Positions 1 through 11,326 are shown, numbered from the stretch's first letter. The stretch is 55,564 bases of DNA from Craspedostauros australis (GCA_030167865.1 JALAGF010006125.1:1-55564), one strand, 5' to 3'. Translations and numbers: made by a program. The notes: generated from the letters alone by a model not told the origin.

Positions 1-436
1 CGTGCTGTGATTGGTGGCTCATGACGCAGCAGCCAGTCTGGTGACGTAGATGACGGATCAGACAAGCACAGGGTAGAATGGATGTAAACGCGAACTCGCC
101 GCTTCTCCCCAAACTCTACAACTAGCGCTATCGCGGACGGGGCGTTGGATGCTCTGATCGGAACACCTCAAAAAGAGACTAAACAATTCAAAATGGGAAC
201 AACGTCGCTGAAACGAAGAACAGCAAAGGGTTAAATTGGATCGATGTAGTCGTAGGCGAAAGGCTGAAACCCGAGAGAGATCGAAAATTGCGCATATCCA
301 TCGGTCCGTAAAACTTAAAATAGGATCTAACTAAAAAATGTAATGGTTAATTATTTGTATTAGACCTACAAGGATTACGAATATGTGGTTGGTTAGTATG
401 TAGGAGAGAAAATTTCTGGAGGTCCGTTTCAAACGA

Positions 437-1933
437 GTGGTCGACTCACTCGGGGGGCTCCTAAGTCGTGTTTCAACGGTTTTCCCGTGCCTTGCAACCG
501 CGATGCCAACAACAGCCCGTCCCTCCGCCGAACCAAACATGGTGCACATGGCATCGCCCATCCCCACCCATCCATCACCAACACCAAGACCTCTCTACAA
601 CGTCATGGACACGATGACTGCTGCTCGTACTGAGCCCTCGTCTGTTCATGTCCCTCCACCGCATGTGGCTTCTCCTCCTGTTGCTCCTCCTGGCTTTGCC
701 GCAAGTCGTGGCATGCTGGTGACAAACACTGTTACTGGGACACCCTTGCAAGAGGGCCCCAGTCGTGCGCGTGCGATTGAAACGTGGATGAACAAGAACA
801 CCGAAATTTTCTTGCCCGCTGTNNNNNNNNNNNNNNNNNNNNNNNNNNNNNNNNNNNNNNNNNNNNNNNNNNNNNNNNNNNNNNNNNNNNNNNNNNNNNN
901 NNNNNNNNNNNNNNNNNNNNNNNNNNNNNNNNNNNNNNNNNNNNNNNNNNNNNNNNNNNNNNNNNNNNNNGCGTCATCCGCCGCAACCGACAAGGAGCTG
1001 CTTGAGCGCCTCAACGAAACGGTTCCTCCGCACCTCAAGATTCGTTCTTTCCGCGGGCAACGCGAACGCAGCGAATCATACGCGCTTGCTGTTCGCAACA
1101 TGTGTCGCGAGCACCCACGGCCTGTGCGCGTGCACAAGGAGTTCTTACCGATCCAAGTCAGTGACCGGTTTGAAATGACTGTGGATCAAGCCATGCATGG
1201 GATTGATTTTATCAATCCTTCTGTTGGCATCAATGATCGGGAGAGCGATGTGCACACTGATGCGCCCCTGCTGATCGTGCGCATGGTGCCGGTCTACAGC
1301 GCGAGCCCGGTCACCCATTGTGCCACCAATTTGGCGCGTTACAGGCGAACAGAGAAGCATAGCACACTTAAGCTGAACCCTCGTGCTCACCAGAGAGAGG
1401 ATGACTACAGTTCATCCGATGACGAGTGCACATTTTCCCGTCCTGCTCCTGTTCGCATGACAGTTGCTCGTGGTCGCCGAGCTACCGGATCAGGACATTC
1501 TGCAAGGGTAAGTGTTTTCAATACCGGTTTCGTCTTCTGTTCTTCACAACTCCCACTTGTTCACTCACACATCCTTGGGTTCTTTCTTTTCACTGTGCAG
1601 TCTGCTCGTCAACCATCTCGCGTGACTGTGGGTTCGATGGACACGTCTACTCGTGCTTCCCGCCGCGTTGCTGCTCGCAGACGTGCTCGTCGCGCTGATA
1701 TTCCTGACCCCGTCGTGGTGCCTTCCGCTGTTCTCTCCAGCGCCAGCAACCAGCGTTGCGCCACAGTCATTCGCAGGATTCGTGTGGCAGAGTTGATTAA
1801 GATTGACTGCGAGTCAGACGACGACGAGGAGGAGGAGTACTACTGGCCGCCCGTGAGCCCCAAGACCGAGGAGGTCGACCCGCCAGCGGAGAACCCCGAG
1901 ACCAAGGAGGGCGAATCCACAGAGACTGAGTAA
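437..1933 (+). CDS. Hypothetical low-complexity protein (Pro/Ser/Arg-rich, acidic C-terminus); probable 93-nt phase-0 intron 1508-1600; N gap 823-970
   Basis: 498-codon open frame. GTAAGT donor at 1508, pyrimidine-rich tract and TGCAG acceptor ending 1600 keep the frame. No domain recognised; first ATG is at 503, so the true start is uncertain. Confidence 0.5.
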   Translation: MVDSLGGLLSRVSTVFPCLATAMPTTARPSAEPNMVHMASPIPTHPSPTPRPLYNVMDTMTAARTEPSSVHVPPPHVASPPVAPPGFAASRGMLVTNTVTGTPLQEGPSRARAIETWMNKNTEIFLPAXXXXXXXXXXXXXXXXXXXXXXXXXXXXXXXXXXXXXXXXXXXXXXXXXXASSAATDKELLERLNETVPPHLKIRSFRGQRERSESYALAVRNMCREHPRPVRVHKEFLPIQVSDRFEMTVDQAMHGIDFINPSVGINDRESDVHTDAPLLIVRMVPVYSASPVTHCATNLARYRRTEKHSTLKLNPRAHQREDDYSSSDDECTFSRPAPVRMTVARGRRATGSGHSARVSVFNTGFVFCSSQLPLVHSHILGFFLFTVQSARQPSRVTVGSMDTSTRASRRVAARRRARRADIPDPVVVPSAVLSSASNQRCATVIRRIRVAELIKIDCESDDDEEEEYYWPPVSPKTEEVDPPAENPETKEGESTETE

Positions 1934-2594
1934 GACTGGAGCGAGTCCCATGCAGCACGAACAACCAACATAACATAACTAGTGACCAACCGTAATACCA
2001 TGTTCACACTACGTCGATGAACTGTCTATGGGAGTACCTTCTAGATTGTGAACATGTTACACGATGACTACTTGGACTACCAATGGAGTCCCATCGGAAA
2101 ACGACGCCGAAAACGTATTTACCGCGCTTCCCGTGGTATCCGCGAGACCTGTTGCGATCTTTCCCCTTCGTGGGGATTGCAACGCGAAATGAAACCGTAT
2201 CTGAGGGGGCAACTCCTCACCTCCACGACTATCTCATCTCATCACATTTCATTTCATCACATTGCATGTAACTCACCACGTCCCATCTGAGTCTTTCACA
2301 TTCTGAGTGACCTTGTGCAGAGAATCACAACCTCCCACTTTCTTAGCTTCTCGAGCACCCTCGCTTGACACCATTCGTCCATCAGCAATCCTCACGTTGA
2401 GGGCTATCTTGGCCGGTGCCAAAGCCCCCGTTTCTGCCATCGCATTCACAAGCCAATTCGGTAGGAACTGCCCCGCGACTCCCTTTCGAAGAACTTCGGC
2501 TAATCTGCTGCCTTCATCCGCACTGTTGCGTGCCTCGACCCATCTCCATTTCTCTTCGAAATCGTCACCAGCGACACCATCACAGCATCCCAAC

Positions 2595-3284
2595 ATGGAG
2601 CAAACACCAGCAACGCCAGCACCAGGCGACACTACCATCCGAGATCAAAAGAAGGTGCTGCGCAAGCAGGTTCGTTCCAAGGTCCGCGAGATGACAGACG
2701 AGCAGGTCGTCGAGCAATCGCACAAGGTTTGGAGTCGGCTATTCCAATCGCCGCAGTACCAATCGGCCAAGACCGTCGGCCTCTTCCTCTCCATGCCGCA
2801 AAACGAAATCAAGACGGATGAGGCACTCAAAGACGCGCTGAAGAATGGCAAGGACATCTATGTGCCGCAGGTGGGCAGCAACTTTGAAAAGTCCGACATG
2901 GATCTGCTCAAGGTTGTCGTCGACGCGAAAGAGGATGGCGACGCCATCTTCCACGCCGCATGGCCGCGCAACAAATGGGGCATCCCCGAACCACCGGAGG
3001 AAATGCCCAAGGAGCTGGCCCAGCCGGGCGATATAGATCTCTTGATCGTGCCTGGATTGGCCTTCGATCGCAATGGCAATCGTCTGGGGCAGGGCAAGGG
3101 ATACTACGATCGGTTCATCGCGCGCATGTCCTCGGACGGCCGCACGCTACCCTTGATCGCGGTGTGCATGTTGCCGCAGCTCGTGGATGGATCCATCCCG
3201 GTGGATACGTACGATCGCACCATGATGATGATCCTGACGCCGGATGAAGTCATCGATATCAGCGGCAGCGGCGGCGCCAAATAG
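2595..3284 (+). CDS. MTHFS: 5-formyltetrahydrofolate cyclo-ligase (methenyl-THF synthetase)
   Basis: Family motifs KKVLRKQVR, LFLSM..EI.T, IYVPQV, NKWGIPEP and IDLLIVPGLAFDRNGNRLGQGKGYYDRF. First ATG at 2595; frame is open upstream to 2307. Confidence 0.95.
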   Translation: MEQTPATPAPGDTTIRDQKKVLRKQVRSKVREMTDEQVVEQSHKVWSRLFQSPQYQSAKTVGLFLSMPQNEIKTDEALKDALKNGKDIYVPQVGSNFEKSDMDLLKVVVDAKEDGDAIFHAAWPRNKWGIPEPPEEMPKELAQPGDIDLLIVPGLAFDRNGNRLGQGKGYYDRFIARMSSDGRTLPLIAVCMLPQLVDGSIPVDTYDRTMMMILTPDEVIDISGSGGAK

Positions 3285-3634
3285 ATTTTGGGATATTCCG
3301 CTTGTTTCCGTCTATATATATAGAGACAGACACACATCATGGATGTGGACGAGACCAGCATCCATGGCACATATTCCAATGCAGGTTGCATCAACGCCAC
3401 GGTGCGACAAACTGGAGAAGGCTTGCGCAAGCATTTTGACAGAGTGCTCTCTCCTTGGCTGAGTCAATTTTCAACTCCATCCTGTTGGCTCGACTCATTT
3501 CGAAACTACACAAAACGCACGTAGTCTTCTCTATTCGTACTCTGCCATACTCAGTCTATTGCCATGATGCGAAAAGGCTGTACATCATGCTTGCGCGTAC
3601 TAGTACGTCCTATTATCTGCATGATCTGCATCGA

Positions 3635-4636
3635 CTAATTGTAGACTAGCGCTGTCTGCCACAGAATGAAATCAAAGGGCAGCAAGATGGCGAGCTTCAC
3701 AGAATTTGACGACAACGATGCAACGGCATCACTTGGATCGCCGTCCGAATCATCGCGAGGTATCATAATGCCGGAGTCGGTCATCGTCGTGCTGGATCCC
3801 ATCTGCCGTGACTGCAGCCGTGCAACGAGCTCCATCAGCAGTGTCTTTGTGGGACAGTGGATCGCGATTCCACCCTTGTTCGTTGATGCATCCGACGGCG
3901 TCTGCAATATCAATCCCGTGCTGTCGTCCATCGCCGCCGGAGAAGCTGGGTTCATGGAAGTCAGGAGGTCCAGGCAGCTCTCGATCGCGGCAACTCTCTT
4001 CTCGGCATCCGCGCTGGAGGATGCATCTTCCGCATCCAGAATGATCCAATCCCCGTTGGAAACCACATCCGTGGACCGCATCAAGGTTTCGATATCCATG
4101 GGTTCATCCGTCGACAATGGCACGATGCTGCCGCAACTGTCTTCCCCGCGCTGCAAGATGCCGTCGCCCGAACTGAGCAGCACCATGTCGTGATCCATGC
4201 CCGCATTCACGGATTCCCTGTACAGCTCTTGCATCGCAACAACGCGCGTGACGAGATCCTGCTGCATGCTGGGCTCCTCGACCGTGACACCAATGTCGCC
4301 ACACAAATTGCGAATGGCCTCGGCTGGATTCATGGCCGTTGCGCGGATGTCGAGCCAGAATTCGATAGCGGTCGTCGCCGGCGTATCCGACGCAGTCGGG
4401 TTGCATGAAAGGCCCGTGTTGCTGTTGGATCTGTCGCGGGGCTGGTGGTGTGGCGGTCTTGATGTTGCTTTGTGTGGGACATGGCTGCGATGTGCCGTGC
4501 CGATCTTTGGACTTCGTCGTTGCTGTTGATGTTGCTGCTGTTGATGTTGATGTTGGGGCTCATGGACAAGGAAGCCAATGGATGGCTGCAGCACCAGCAG
4601 CAACAGAATGCGAGTGAGATTGTTTGAAACAAACAT
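3635..4636 (-). CDS. Hypothetical protein with signal peptide plus transit-like region (probably plastid-targeted)
   Basis: MFVSNNLTRILLLLVLQPSIG-F hydrophobic leader, then a Q/S/R-rich stretch, then a globular-looking region (IEFWLDIR, DWIILD, GGIAIHC). ORF 3635..4714. Confidence 0.7.
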   Translation of the reverse strand: MFVSNNLTRILLLLVLQPSIGFLVHEPQHQHQQQQHQQQRRSPKIGTAHRSHVPHKATSRPPHHQPRDRSNSNTGLSCNPTASDTPATTAIEFWLDIRATAMNPAEAIRNLCGDIGVTVEEPSMQQDLVTRVVAMQELYRESVNAGMDHDMVLLSSGDGILQRGEDSCGSIVPLSTDEPMDIETLMRSTDVVSNGDWIILDAEDASSSADAEKRVAAIESCLDLLTSMNPASPAAMDDSTGLILQTPSDASTNKGGIAIHCPTKTLLMELVARLQSRQMGSSTTMTDSGIMIPRDDSDGDPSDAVASLSSNSVKLAILLPFDFILWQTALVYN

Positions 4637-5038
4637 GATCAATTGCTTTGTTCGTTCTTGTGGTGCGATTGTGGCTAGCGTACTTCTTGTTCCCTTATCC
4701 TCTGCTATACCCATGCCATCGAGTGCAATGGTTGATGTGATCGGAGTGTTGTGGGGATGGATCTTCTTTTTGTTGCGTTCTGGAATGGATCATGTTGTCG
4801 TGGACACGCATTCTCACTTTTCGATCTTGGTTGGATGCAAATCCGTCTGTCCACCGACAGTCGCCGGCTTGACATCAACCTCACTCTTCGCAACACTCTT
4901 CGTGGCACTCTGCTCTCGTCATATCCGTACGAACTATGGAACTGCAATGCTACTACTATCATACTCGCCAACACGGAACGATAGTATTATGACCTACTTC
5001 AACAGATACTGGATGGCTTCAATGGTGCCTCTCTGAGC

Positions 5039-7768
5039 TTAACTACTGTCGGAATCCGATCCAGAATCGTCATCATCACCTGCGCCGCCCTTGTTAGACG
5101 ATGCCTTGCCCTTCTTGGGCTTCGAGGACAGCGTGGCACTCACGCCGTACAGCTCTTCCTCGTACTGCTCCTTCGTGATCTTGCCACGCCGCAGCTTCTT
5201 GAACAGCCGCTCTTCCTTGGCCAGCTCTTCCCATTCATCCATGATGCGGGCATTGCGACCACGCTTCTTGTGTGGGTTGCGGCCTTTCGCGACTGCGTCC
5301 TTGCGCTTGTCCTTCTGACGTTGCAATTGCTGCGCCTTGCGTTGTTCCGCCTTGATCTGCTTTGCGTTCTTTCCGCCGGCGGCCAATTCCGCGGCCAGTC
5401 GCTTCTGTCGCGCAGCTTCGCGGGCCTTGTCCAGGAACGGGATGCCGTGGATGTTGATCTCGGGTCCTGCAGGAGTGAAGTGCTTCAGCTTGCCGTTGTA
5501 CTCACGCAGTTCGGGCATCTTGGGCAAGCGCAGCAGGACGAAGCCGGTTGCGAGGCTGCCAAGATCCAATGATGCGAATCTGTGAAGCACGTGCAGAAGT
5601 ATTGTGTGATGATACATGTGCATGCGAAAAGACATGGGGGGAGTGGTGGAATGAGCAGGGTAAAATGTTAGGGCTCTGGGTTACTGTCTGTGTCCGTTTG
5701 CAGTGTCGACCATCAGCGAAATGCGCCCGGAGAGAACTACTGATTTTCTCTCCATCATGTTTGTTTTGGCAAGTGCATCATCATTCCACAAGATCATGGG
5801 AGCTGTAATTGTTCATGAATCTACATCCGGCATCATCCCATTTTGAGAATGAATGCGCAGACACTTCCTCATGCACCCCTACTTGTCGAAGAAGGCCTTG
5901 CAGTGGTGTGTGGTTCATACTCGTACCACATCATCGTCATCGTTCCATCGTTGTTCCGCCATCCTTGCACATGCGATCAATCAATTGGCAACAGCAACAG
6001 CAATGCGAAACCTCTGCACTTACCGAAAGATGAAGGCGCACGTGTGCTCCTTGTAGGCACGGATGTAGGAAGTGAAGGCCTTGGTCCCCTTCTCCAGGTA
6101 GTCGCGATCCGTCAGAACGAGCTCACGAACCTTTGGAAGGATATCCTCGACCGTTTGTTGCTCGTCGTCACCACCATCCTCGCTATCATTCACGCGCACA
6201 GACTGACAACACGGCTCCGACTCGGACAGCAAGTCGAGCGGTACCTGCCGATTCGCCAGAAGATCGACGTAGGCCTCTTCCTTCTCGCTGAGAAACACCA
6301 GACTGGATCCTTTGCGCCCTGCCCGCGCCGCTCGGCCGACACGATGCACGAATTGGGACGGATTCTGCGGGGCATCGTACTGCACGACCCAATCGACATC
6401 GCAGACATCGAGTCCACGCGCTGCCACATCCGTGCAGAACAAGGCCGTGCCTGTCTTGCATTCGCGGAACCGATCCATGGACTTTTCGCGGCGCTTCTGG
6501 CTGAGTTTGCCGTGCAGGATCTCGACGTCGAGGTTGTTGGCCTTTTCCGCGATCTGACGCAGCGCGTTGCCAAAGAACTCGACGCAGGTGCAGGTGAGGA
6601 AGAAGACGATGATCTTTTGTTCGTTGTGCGTCTGCAGGAAGGAGACGAGGCGGCTCAATTTGTCTTCGATCTTGGTGATGGCGTAGAAGTTGGAGAGCGA
6701 GCTGGGCGTGTAGGTCGTCTTGGATCTGGCCTTGCTGGATGATGTGAGAGCGGAAGAGTTTTTGTCGCCGTCTGCTTTGGACGCCGGCGCATCCTTCACA
6801 CCGACGCTGACATTGACGAGCACGGGGTTGCGCATTCCGGCGCGCTGCAGCAGGGATTGAATGGAATTGGTGCTCGTGAAGGTGGTGGTGGCGCTGAAGA
6901 TGCCGGTGCGCCTCATGCGCGGCAGCTGATTGAGGATGGAGGACAGCGTCGGGTCCATCATGGCCCTTCCAAAGAGCAGGACGTCCGCTTCATCCAGCAC
7001 CAGGATATCGAGCTCCGCCAGGTCGATGACGCTGTAGCGCGTGAGCACGTCATCGATTCGGCCCGGCGTGCCAATGACGATGTCCGATGCGTCGTTGCGG
7101 AAGTTCTCCAGATCCTTCGTGACGGGGCGGTGGTTGGAGCCGCTGGAGGAGCCGCCGCCGACCAGCAGCAGCGGCTTGGCGATGGCCGCGGCCTCGCACA
7201 GAGCTTCGCAGACGCGGCACGTCTGCATGGCGAGCTCTCTGGTGGGCGATATGACCATGGCGCCGATCTGCTTCTTGGAGAGGTTCATGTTGCGAATGCG
7301 CTCCACGATGGGGATGAGGAAGGCCAGCGTCTTGCCGCTGCCAGTGACGGCCTGCACCGCAACGTCCTTGTTCTGCAGGAAGAGCGGGATGGTGGCCTCC
7401 TGCACGGGCGTCATCTCGTGGAAGTTCTGCGCGTCCAAGTACTTCAGCACGCCTGGTGATAGCTGGGGTTCGATGGAACGGAAGGAGCCCTGCAGCGTCT
7501 TGTGCAGCGGACGGCCTGCCGCATCGGATTGCGTGCGCGCTGTGGCTTCATTGCCATTCTCGTTACTCTGAGCATGGCCGTCATCGTCATCGTCCTCATC
7601 CTCTTGCCTCTTCTTCTTCTTCTTGCTCTTTTTGGCCTTCTTTTTCTTGCTGTTGTTGCTCTTGTTGTTGTTGCTGTTGTTGTTGATGCTGCTCGTGGTC
7701 TTGGCAACACCGTCGTCTGTGACCATCTCCGTGCTTTCCTTCTTCCTCTTGGCCATCTTGCTCACCAT
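5039..7768 (-). CDS. DDX55: DEAD-box RNA helicase DDX55/Spb4 (60S biogenesis); exons 7768-6024 and 5579-5039
   Basis: Q motif MTPVQ, AVTGSGKT, SPTRELA, GTPGR, DEAD, SAT, TDVAARGLD, HRVGRAAR. The Spb4-type C-terminus AFTSYIRAYKEH...FIFR/FASLDLGSLATGFVLLRLPKMPEL is joined across a GTAAG...CACAG intron at 6023-5580. Confidence 0.93.
5708..5790 (-). ncRNA. Candidate intronic box C/D snoRNA (possible 5.8S rRNA guide)
   Basis: Minus strand: box C ATGATGA (5784-5778), D'-like ATGA, hairpin GGAGAGAA/TTCTCTCC, then CGCATTTCG followed by box D CTGA (5716-5713). Complementary to the conserved 5.8S sequence CAGCGAAATGCG. Confidence 0.4.
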
Positions 7769-8501
7769 GGTGTCTCTCTCCACCTCTCTCTCTCTATCTA
7801 TCTGAACACAAGCACAAACACAAACACAATCAAAGGCATGAGTATTGTGGAGTATTGTGGATGGATCGTTGGTAGTGGTGTTGCCTCCATTCCACCCACA
7901 ACGCGGAAAATCACTCCTCTCTTTCGCCAGTTCGTCGAATTGTTGACAAATGGATGGACACGAGGCGATTGGATCGAAGGGGTCGATTCCCGATCGCCAA
8001 TCGGACATCGCTAACTGATCAAAGAAATGAGGGGAGACAAAAGCGCGAGATGTCGTGTAGAATCTGTTCTCTCTCTTGGTGGAAGAAGTCTTTGGAGCTC
8101 CATGGAGATTGGTATTACACTCTCATGAAGATGTGTGATAGGATCTATGGAAGGTCAGGATACTGCATTAGCATTGTGTAAAGTTAGCACGATCGTAGAG
8201 TACGTGAAGTCGATTAACTGGCATGTTGTTACGTTTAAATGTGTGGTAGAATATGTTGATGTTGAATTGTGTTGGTGACTGTGTCTTGGGAAGTGCATGG
8301 CACGATTGGTTGGTCGGTCCTGAGTCTCCGCAGACTACGTGAATGCTTTGGTTGAAACTGAAGTGATGGAATATATCATATGTAGAAGAGTATAGGGTAG
8401 TATGGTATTGTGGTAGTCCGGTATGGCAATCGAATGGGATGAAATAGAGTGGAGCAAAACAGGGGAAGGCACAACAGCTGGGTCGACTGAGAGTACATTC
8501 C

Positions 8502-9719
8502 TCAGAGCCCCATCGATGCCCTCGTGACGATGGTGGAACCCATCGTGGATGCCTCCATGAGCGTGGCGGCGCATCCGTCCTCCTCCTCGCGGGCGGTCTT
8601 GTCGCTGCACCGGAAGGCGTCCGTGAGGGTGAGCATGATCTGGCGCAGATCCATGCTGCCGCACGACAAGGACCTCTGGCTGGAGGCTTCGACCGCCATC
8701 TCATCGAAGGCCATCTCGGCCGACTTGACGCGCGCTTCTTCGAGCTTCTCTTCGTTGTGCCGCTGCTTTTCCTCCATCTGCCACAGATCCAGCGGATGCT
8801 TCATGTCCTCCTCGTCGTCGTCGTTGGTATCGACCGAGCACTCCTCCGTCGTGGCGGTGCACCGGGAAGCGCACGGCGATGAGATGTCATCGCTGGAGGC
8901 GCCGATATACACGTTCATGCGCACGAAGGCGTCGTCCTCGATGATGATGCCGGGATTGGTCTCGGAGGGATCGACGCTGCAGTGGCGCTTGATGGGGATC
9001 TCGACGGTCGAGATGGCGGAGTCCTCGAGGCTGCCGAACAGGACGAGATGGGCGATGCCCTCCTGCAGTATCCGGTTGTCGTCGGAGCGGATGCTGACGT
9101 GCAGTTCGAGGATCTCGGGCATGGAGGCCTCGCTTTGGTCGCCCCATTCGAGGCCTGGCGTCGTGTCTGTTGTTGTGGTGGTTTCTGTGGGAGTTGCGGT
9201 AGTAGCGGCTTCTTCGGCGGTTGCATCGGAAGCATCCTTGAAGCTGTCGCTGAAGGTCTGCGAGACGGAGTGGCGTCGCACCACGCGGCAGTCGCGGTTG
9301 GTCTTCTCGAAGGACACGGACGGGACGTTGTCGTCGCGCTGCGGCAGCTGCACCCTGACGTGCGGCTGGTGGGATGAGACGGACGAGGAGCACGTGGAGT
9401 GCACGGAGGGCGTGGCCTGCGAACGCCTGCGCTGGAAGGTGGCGTAGAGCGGGCAGTGGCGGTCGGGGCGGTCGTTCTGCTCCTGCGCATCGATGCGCAA
9501 CGGGCTGGACTCGATGACCATGTGGCCCGTGCGGCTGCACATCGTGGAGGAGCTGACCATCATGTCGGTGGCCGATCCCGTGAATGCCACGACGGCCATC
9601 ATGCTGGGTCGCGCCGCGTTCTCCGCGTCCTTGTCGGCCCTCCAGGAGACGCCGTGGACGCTGCGCAGGTCCAGCTGCACCTGCACTCCTCGTTCGCTCT
9701 TTTCTCTTTGTCTTGTCAT
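8502..9719 (-). CDS. Hypothetical protein with divergent C2-like beta-sandwich (paralogue A)
   Basis: 405-aa ORF with strong coding bias. Motifs VQVQLDLRSVHGV, PEILELHVSIRS..EGIAHLVLFG..VEIPIK and DAFVRMNVYI are shared with ORFs 18047 and 20745. Confidence 0.8.
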   Translation of the reverse strand: MTRQREKSERGVQVQLDLRSVHGVSWRADKDAENAARPSMMAVVAFTGSATDMMVSSSTMCSRTGHMVIESSPLRIDAQEQNDRPDRHCPLYATFQRRRSQATPSVHSTCSSSVSSHQPHVRVQLPQRDDNVPSVSFEKTNRDCRVVRRHSVSQTFSDSFKDASDATAEEAATTATPTETTTTTDTTPGLEWGDQSEASMPEILELHVSIRSDDNRILQEGIAHLVLFGSLEDSAISTVEIPIKRHCSVDPSETNPGIIIEDDAFVRMNVYIGASSDDISSPCASRCTATTEECSVDTNDDDEEDMKHPLDLWQMEEKQRHNEEKLEEARVKSAEMAFDEMAVEASSQRSLSCGSMDLRQIMLTLTDAFRCSDKTAREEEDGCAATLMEASTMGSTIVTRASMGL

Positions 9720-10322
9720 GGTGTTCTGATTCTATCTGTTCTTGTCAACGTCCTTGCCACTATTCTTGTGTCTGTCGTTGGTGTCCACTGGGCATGCCAG
9801 ACCATGCACAAAGACTGTTTCGCTCCGTCCTGCTGTGTTGTGATCACAGAGATGGCCGATCTCCACCAATACGCTGCTTGGAAGGTGTGATGGTAGCAGA
9901 GAATGAAGAGATGGTGCAAAGGCTGTCAAGTACTCTGCACTGCTCTATTCTACTCCGCTGATGTTGTGGGCTTTCCTCTCCTCAACTCTTCTCAACTCAA
10001 CTTGACTCTACTGAACTCTTCTCTGCAAGGATGGCTTCTCCATTTGAAGATTGAGAGAGAAACGAAGGTGGCCGAACTGAAAGTGGACTCTTGGATGCGG
10101 ACTTGGACGTGAATGTAAAGGTGGCTGCAAGTGCCGTTCTCGCTTTGTTGTTGACTTTGTTGTTGGCTTTGTTGTTGCTTTGTTGTTGCTACTTTGTTGA
10201 TGAATTGATCGATCGATCGATCACTGTGTCAATCACTCAATCACTCACTCGATCAATCAGCACGTGTACGTACTGGTCCAGAGAGAATGGCGGTATTGCC
10301 TGAGCGAAATGGGGTGCTCGTG

Positions 10323-11022
10323 GAGTATTAATACTCGACGCGTGCATACTCCGCCCAACAAGATGTGACTCTGCGTGTTGGATGGAGGCAACCCGACCAC
10401 CCACGCAATACCGTGAACGCACAACGACAAGAGATGCTGATGGGCAAAATGTTTCGCTCGTGGCCCGCCAACTGGGAGAGAATTTTCCCCAAGCCCGAAC
10501 TCTGACATGCAACACATGTTCTGTCTACAAGACCCGTCAACGTACATCTCTACGTGACTTCCATACCACAATTTACTTAACAAACCGCGCTCGACGACTC
10601 GCTTTCTGCTAAAATACATGCAGAGTCGTGAGAACCGTGACGTTGTTTGCGACACTGTGACGCCCGATACCAGAATCAACGGACGTACAAATTCCACTTA
10701 GACGCAGTGTTGACACGAGGGCGTGACCGAGCGATATTATTAGCGGCGCCCCTCACAAACTGCGATACACACAAAATTGGGACACAAAACAGCGAGCGCC
10801 GTCACAAAAGATACCATTTCGTCGCCGTTGCGTCCGTTGTGGGCATTGTGTCGCGTTTCTCCCTCCACATTTTTTGCGGAATCTTGTTTGGCGCTCCTGT
10901 TCGGTGCGCACCGCGGAACGCTTGTTCGCTTCCATGGGAGCGAACTCTGCAGTTCTGCACAGCTGTGTCGAGACGTTAGGTAAAGTCGAGGTGCGTTTGG
11001 GTGCGTTTGAGCATTAATACTC
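10323..11022. mobile_element. Putative non-autonomous DNA transposon (MITE), about 700 bp
   Basis: Inverted repeats TCGTGGAGTATTAATACTC (10318-10336) and GAGCATTAATACTCCATGA (11009-11027) match at 17/19. GAG...CTC termini are flanked by CGTG/CATG, a possible 4-bp TSD. No credible internal ORF. Confidence 0.5.
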
Positions 11023-11326
11023 CATGATGGAATAGAGCGTCACAGATGCTCCATTCCTCCGCATTTCGAGAACGATCACTTCCGGCGAGATTCCAGAACT
11101 GCAGCAAGATGTGCGCAACTTCCATTGGCTGTTCACCAGAATGAAGTTCCAACGATGAGCAATTTCGTCGAAGTTTGTGGGAATGAGGTCTTCAACGTGC
11201 GACTGGTTCGTCGTGAATCTTGTTCAGGAACCCATGCATCAATCGCGGGGCGAGCGCAACAACGAGTACCAGTACGTGCTTGGGATGAGAGCTCATCACC
11301 AGTCACCCTCAAGGGGAACCTCCCGA

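Noticed and set aside
5795..5880. Second C/D-like or U3-like pattern in the DDX55 intron (ATGAGGA...ATGA, GTGCA/TGCAC stem)
   Set aside because: Boxes are non-canonical, U3 box A is missing and no guide was recognised.
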